Shown here: positions 60,024 to 64,000 of the stretch, piece after piece
Position numbering within the stretch: the first letter of the stretch is position 1
How the letters are laid out: each line of letters starts with the position of its first letter
The notes under the pieces: model-generated
The model's database searches: none
The model's input: the letters and a program-made list of their open reading frames with translations, nothing else
What the model was told of the DNA's origin: nothing
Virus record (IMG/VR): IMGVR_UViG_3300043438_000976
Span: 36,027 to 100,026 of that record
Strand: one strand, 5' to 3'
Origin: a virus
Lineage: Duplodnaviria; Heunggongvirae; Uroviricota; Caudoviricetes
DNA: 64,000 bases
Position numbers and translations under genes: made by a program

Positions 60024-60133
60024 ACTGTCTCCACAATATAGTATCCTGAATTAGGGTATGTTTCTTTCAACCATTCCAACATGCCCGGTTCATTGGGCAG
60101 TCGGATTGATTTAAATTTATTTGTGATATACAT
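60020..60133 (-). CDS. Small hypothetical protein (37 aa, not in ORF track)
   Basis: MYITNKFKSIRLPNEPGMLEWLKETYPNSGYYIVETV; overlaps its neighbours at start/stop. Confidence 0.55.
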   Translation of the reverse strand: MYITNKFKSIRLPNEPGMLEWLKETYPNSGYYIVETV

Positions 60134-60339
60134 TATTTTCGTCCAATCTTTGTTACAACATCGGCCTTGCTCTGTAGCAGTTGGGCACGGAAGCGACGAT
60201 ATACTCGCAATGCGGCAATGCTCATGGGATCTTCCTTGCCTTCTAACTCTGCTATCTTAGCATCCAGTTCGGCTTCGTGAGCACGATGACGTTCGACATC
60301 TGCCTTGAGCCCTTTCGCATCGCCCCAAAAGAATTTCAT
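60133..60339 (-). CDS. Small hypothetical protein
   Basis: 68-aa coupled ORF. Confidence 0.6.
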   Translation of the reverse strand: MKFFWGDAKGLKADVERHRAHEAELDAKIAELEGKEDPMSIAALRVYRRFRAQLLQSKADVVTKIGRK

Positions 60340-60340
60340 A

Positions 60341-60634
60341 TCATCCCCACTTTAACATAAAGAACGTAGCGTCCTTTTCATTTTTAAATCTATACTCAAA
60401 AGGTCCAGGACTCCAACGAGGATTGTTATATCCATTGTTTCTGTGTCCAAACTGCTTCGAGCACCACTCTGTCATCTTATCTTTTTCTTCCCACCAATCA
60501 CCGCCCGAAAAATACACAGTGTATTTCTGAGGAGCAAGATCTTCTCGAACCCGCAGTTCTAAACTACGGGGGCGTTTAGTAAACCAGTTCATAGGAGTAT
60601 GCGGATAAAAACTATTAACGTCTAAATCAATCAT
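60341..60634 (-). CDS. Small hypothetical protein (F.....F.LKW family)
   Basis: WCSKQFG...W...FKNEKDATFFMLKWG. Confidence 0.65.
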   Translation of the reverse strand: MIDLDVNSFYPHTPMNWFTKRPRSLELRVREDLAPQKYTVYFSGGDWWEEKDKMTEWCSKQFGHRNNGYNNPRWSPGPFEYRFKNEKDATFFMLKWG

Positions 60635-61167
60635 ACACCTACGAACCGGCTGGCTTCGGCGTGCAACCCACGATCACCTCGAGTCATTACTTCTAACATC
60701 AAACGCTTTTCTTCTAAGTAAGTCCTAGCAAAAGCAGGATCGTGTGCCATGATGCTACGACTGTTGGAGATCAAATCTGCCAACTTAACAGTCTGTGCTT
60801 CAGCAGGTGCTTCAGCAGTGTGAGCACGGTCCATGGCCTTGCGATGAGCACGATTGCCATCTTCTGGCTTTGACACGTCAGTTAACCAACCAACTAACGC
60901 CGCAACCTCCGGACCAAAATTCATATGGATGTCAGTGGCGGTAACTCCGGTATCTTCTACTGTATCGTGTAACCAAGCAGCCGCTACCATTTCAGCAGTA
61001 CTGCCAGGAACCTCTGCCACAATCCTTGCAACTTCTGCAGGGTGAACAAAGTAAGGTTCTCCGGTATACTTACGCTTTTGACCCACGGCACTGTGAGCAG
61101 CAATAGCGAAAACTTGGGCCTTATGGACCAAATCCATCCCAGTTAATTCCATAGTAAATTCTTCCAT
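60631..61167 (-). CDS. HD-domain (p)ppGpp hydrolase-like protein (RelA/SpoT HD, SAH/Mesh1-type)
   Basis: AH...Q.RKYTGEPYFVHP.EV, AAWLHDTVEDT, VKLADLISN. Confidence 0.85.
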   Translation of the reverse strand: MEEFTMELTGMDLVHKAQVFAIAAHSAVGQKRKYTGEPYFVHPAEVARIVAEVPGSTAEMVAAAWLHDTVEDTGVTATDIHMNFGPEVAALVGWLTDVSKPEDGNRAHRKAMDRAHTAEAPAEAQTVKLADLISNSRSIMAHDPAFARTYLEEKRLMLEVMTRGDRGLHAEASRFVGV

Positions 61168-61192
61168 GCTACTCTCCTTGTTAATAAGTTAT

Positions 61193-61221
61193 ATTATAGC
61201 ATGGTTTTACCATACTGTCAA
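61193..61221 (-). promoter_or_regulatory. Sigma70-type promoter
   Basis: Perfect TTGACA-17-TATAAT; the spacer contains the inverted repeat ATGGT-N3-ACCAT. Confidence 0.9.
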
Positions 61222-61769
61222 CCGGTATGATGTCCTTTAATCACATTATCTTTGATCATACGTACAGCACGATCCATAGATATAACAATTTCTCCGGTTG
61301 AATCCATTCCTACGTCCAACGCACGATACTGTTCGATTCCACTCTTACCACCATGTAAGTGACCATGAAAGTGTAATGCACCTCTGTGCATTTGGTCCCA
61401 TTCGGCAATTGGATAATGAAACATCACGCACTTGTGGCCGTCATAGGTAATATCCAAATACTTGTGTATTTCCTTAAATGCACTACGGAACGTTTCGTCC
61501 ATTAGTGTCTTGCGATCGTGATTACCTTCAACTAAAATTTTATCACCATTTAAGCGATGCATCATTCGGCCTGCATCACTGCCTGACATAAATGCTACAT
61601 CTCCTAAGATGTAAACCATATCCTCGGGAGCGACCTTAGCATTCCATTCTTCCGCCATTGCATTATTCATATACGCAACATCGTCTCTAAATCGTGCTCT
61701 TGTCTGTGGACAGAACTTCATAATGTTCTTATGTCCAAAATGTAGGTCGCTAGTTATCCATATTTTCAT
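61218..61769 (-). CDS. Calcineurin-like metallophosphoesterase
   Basis: SDLHFGH, LGD, GNHD, HGHLH. Confidence 0.88.
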   Translation of the reverse strand: MKIWITSDLHFGHKNIMKFCPQTRARFRDDVAYMNNAMAEEWNAKVAPEDMVYILGDVAFMSGSDAGRMMHRLNGDKILVEGNHDRKTLMDETFRSAFKEIHKYLDITYDGHKCVMFHYPIAEWDQMHRGALHFHGHLHGGKSGIEQYRALDVGMDSTGEIVISMDRAVRMIKDNVIKGHHTG

Positions 61770-61942
61770 CAATACGTCTCTTTTATAATATCATATAGTT
61801 CAGCAGGCCATGCAGCCTTAAATTCTTCAGTCTTAACATATTCATTGTAGGATTTAGCTTCAAAGAACACCTTCTTGAATACGCTCATATGCTTGCCCTT
61901 AGGCAATATTGTGAGATAGATTGATTTTGCTTTGCCTGCCAT
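61769..61942 (-). CDS. Small hypothetical protein (57 aa, not in ORF track)
   Basis: MAGKAKSIYLTILPKGKHMSVFKKVFFEAKSYNEYVKTEEFKAAWPAELYDIIKETY; AGGA SD; TGATG overlap. Confidence 0.65.
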   Translation of the reverse strand: MAGKAKSIYLTILPKGKHMSVFKKVFFEAKSYNEYVKTEEFKAAWPAELYDIIKETY

Positions 61943-61970
61943 GATGTTTCCTTAAGTGTAGTAAGTACAT

Positions 61971-61999
61971 ATTATACAGTCAAAAGAAAGCCCTGTCAA
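61971..61999 (-). promoter_or_regulatory. Sigma70-type promoter
   Basis: Perfect TTGACA-17-TATAAT. Confidence 0.9.
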
Positions 62000-62011
62000 G
62001 CAGGGCAGTAA

Positions 62012-62476
62012 TTATTGGGCGAACCAAACTTCCTTAAAGCCTTCCTCTACAGTAGGCTCTTCCCAACTGGCAATCATGCTGGCGATAACATGCTCTGGAA
62101 TGTCTTTGCCTGGGCGACTCCATAACCGTCTAAACAGTTCTTTATGTTCCGGTGTCTTAAACACCACAGCAATATGCTCGTAGTCAGGCAACATATTAAA
62201 CTTACGAATACGGCTTACTAGAGTAGTACTGGTTTGATCCCATATAATGTCCTTGCCAGCTTCACGTGCTTGTACAACTTTGTCAGCCATTAGATTTACA
62301 GCCGTCGGCATGTACTCTACAAATACTTCCGAGTAGGTCTTGCCTTGTTCTACAGCATAGGCTTCAACAAAATCGTCAGTACTCACTACTACGCAGTCAG
62401 AAGCCCAATCTTGTTCTTTAATCCAAGTGCTCTTGCCCGAGGCAGGCACTCCGACCAATTGATAACATTTTGCCAT
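62012..62476 (-). CDS. P-loop kinase (AAA_33 / polynucleotide kinase-like)
   Basis: LVGVPASGKSTW, VSTDD, IIWDQT, R..SR. Confidence 0.85.
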   Translation of the reverse strand: MAKCYQLVGVPASGKSTWIKEQDWASDCVVVSTDDFVEAYAVEQGKTYSEVFVEYMPTAVNLMADKVVQAREAGKDIIWDQTSTTLVSRIRKFNMLPDYEHIAVVFKTPEHKELFRRLWSRPGKDIPEHVIASMIASWEEPTVEEGFKEVWFAQ

Positions 62477-62478
62477 TT

Positions 62479-63228
62479 TTACCTTACTTTGATGTTTTTA
62501 AATTGTTGTCTTGAAATAACGATTACCCTAATATCTGCACCAAGAAGTTCGAGAGGATTAGGAACTTTGTAACCGAGCGATTCAAACTGAGCCAAAATAC
62601 TAATACATTCTTTAAATTCTGAAGGAGTCATTAGCCATGCTTCAAAATGAATAACGCTGGGCAGTATAGAGAGATTTATTAAAGATTTTAAAAATGAGTA
62701 ATCAACTCCATCTAAATCCATTTTTAAATATGTACTATTCGGTGCAAGATTAAAAATCTCAACTGCGGCATCATTGCATGTTTTTGGATTTGCAATTGGA
62801 ATGTTAACTGTTATATCAGCTTTGGTGGTTGTTCTAATTGAAGAAGTGTTTAATGTATCATCAAGATTTACTGTTAAATGACTTGGAAATTCTTCACGAT
62901 CGATAATTGACATTTCGACTATATCTATATTAGCATCTAATTGTTCTGTTGTCAATAGACTTTTTGCAAGATACAGGTATGTAGGCACAGCATCGATCAG
63001 TATGTGCTTGTTCGGATTTACTGCTTTTTTAACCTGTGCTGATAAAACTCCTAGCCAACATCCTAGATCAACAAAAGTATTGCATGTGTGTGCAGTGTAA
63101 AACTCTCTGATAGTTTCAACTTCTGGATAAGTTGGTATTTTATTATACTCTGTTCGTTGCTGAGAAGCTAATACTTTCTCTAGCCATCCCGGTATATTTT
63201 TTGGTTTTAAGTATTGATCTATTTTCAT
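62479..63228 (-). CDS. FkbM-like SAM-dependent methyltransferase
   Basis: FVDLGCWLG, LKMDLDGVD, VIHFE. Confidence 0.65.
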   Translation of the reverse strand: MKIDQYLKPKNIPGWLEKVLASQQRTEYNKIPTYPEVETIREFYTAHTCNTFVDLGCWLGVLSAQVKKAVNPNKHILIDAVPTYLYLAKSLLTTEQLDANIDIVEMSIIDREEFPSHLTVNLDDTLNTSSIRTTTKADITVNIPIANPKTCNDAAVEIFNLAPNSTYLKMDLDGVDYSFLKSLINLSILPSVIHFEAWLMTPSEFKECISILAQFESLGYKVPNPLELLGADIRVIVISRQQFKNIKVR

Positions 63229-63269
63229 ATTAATTAATGCAAGTATTCACGCATATTGTTTAATATTTA

Positions 63270-63728
63270 TTAGATCATTTTAACCATTTGGTAGAAAGCA
63301 ATATTCATGCCAACTTTTTCTGCTGAAGATAATCGAATTACATTGTTTTTATGTACTTTACTAGAAATAGAATCGCAGTTCATTTTTTTTGCAAGCATTT
63401 CAAAATAATTATGTAACACTGAATAAATGCCGCGTTTCCGGCAATCACTACGTACTGCACTAAGTTCGATCCACAGGCAATTTTTGTGTAGGTATGCTCT
63501 ACTGTAGATTATGGCCCCTACTATAACACCATTCTCTTCTGCATAAATGGCTCCACAATCATTGTCATTCCAACTAGTTCGTGCCATTGCGAACCCGGAA
63601 TCTATCAATTCGGCCATGTGTCTGATAAAAAATGTATAGACTGGACTATTGGCTATTTGTTCAACGTGTAAAATTTCTAGCTCAACGCCGGTCTTATCGA
63701 CTTCTTTATTAAGATAGATTGGCTGCAT
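63270..63728 (-). CDS. GNAT acetyltransferase
   Basis: IELSAVRSDCRKRGIY motif A; N...L....K.G. Confidence 0.8.
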   Translation of the reverse strand: MQPIYLNKEVDKTGVELEILHVEQIANSPVYTFFIRHMAELIDSGFAMARTSWNDNDCGAIYAEENGVIVGAIIYSRAYLHKNCLWIELSAVRSDCRKRGIYSVLHNYFEMLAKKMNCDSISSKVHKNNVIRLSSAEKVGMNIAFYQMVKMI

Positions 63729-63733
63729 GATCT

Positions 63734-63961
63734 TTAATAGTGTTCACTCTTTTTAGGAGGCTTGCGAAGCTTTTCCAAATAATCACGTCCCACTTTACCT
63801 GCTTCAATTTCTCGAAGTGCAGTGACGTTGAATCCGTTATTACAGGTAACCATAGGCATATGCCCACGCTTTAATTCTCTAGCACGAATTGATGCAATCA
63901 ATACTAGATCAAAACGATTACCTACCATCTCTACCGCTGCTTGTGACGTTAAACGTGCCAT
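63734..63961 (-). CDS. rpoZ: RNA polymerase omega subunit
   Basis: MARLT...GNRFDLVLIA..RAR.L...TALREIE.G closely parallels E. coli omega; AGGA SD. Confidence 0.88.
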   Translation of the reverse strand: MARLTSQAAVEMVGNRFDLVLIASIRARELKRGHMPMVTCNNGFNVTALREIEAGKVGRDYLEKLRKPPKKSEHY

Positions 63962-64000
63962 GTGTTTCCTTGAAGTTAAAGTTAAAGTTAAACAGGTTCT

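Noticed and set aside
1-64000. Stop-codon reassignment
   Set aside because: Long genes are intact in code 11 and tile densely. The CUA triloop in the atypical tRNA is not in an anticodon position.

Overview
This is a dense, mostly minus-strand segment of a large T4-like (myovirus-type) phage genome read in standard code 11. The host is probably proteobacterial, inferred from an E. coli-like omega subunit and many consensus TTGACA-17-TATAAT promoters. Left to right: (1) 1-14.1 kb, virion fibre/baseplate genes, including two collagen-like proteins, a He_PIG/Ig-like repeat protein and two proteins with a T4 gp9/gp10-like N-terminus. (2) 14.3-32.4 kb, accessory genes: uvsE, queD with a pseudoknot-like leader, clpP, a hydrolase, galE, three glycosyltransferases, lipoproteins and twin HExxH proteins. 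(3) 32.5-54.4 kb, a mixed-strand, visibly AT-richer tailoring-enzyme island: 4 membrane desaturases, 1 fatty-acid hydroxylase, ACP, ATP-grasp, 4 cobalamin-binding radical SAMs plus 1 other radical SAM, a Rieske oxygenase, 4 GNAT-like proteins, PP-loop proteins and several Fe(II)/2OG-type oxygenases. (4) 54.5-56.5 kb, a TROVE/vWA-like (DUF2828-type) gene whose roughly 550-nt leader holds three tandem stem-closed CAGCAA RNA elements. (5) 56.5-64 kb, tRNAs interleaved with CDSs, a QueC-like gene, a CX5R phosphatase, an HD hydrolase, a phosphoesterase, a kinase and rpoZ. I found five canonical tRNAs and one atypical tRNA-like gene. The best candidates for something new are the lipid-type biosynthetic island, the tandem RNA elements with the vWA protein, and the preQ1-I-like queD leader. 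All family assignments come from motif recognition by eye, not database searches, and novelty is unverified.
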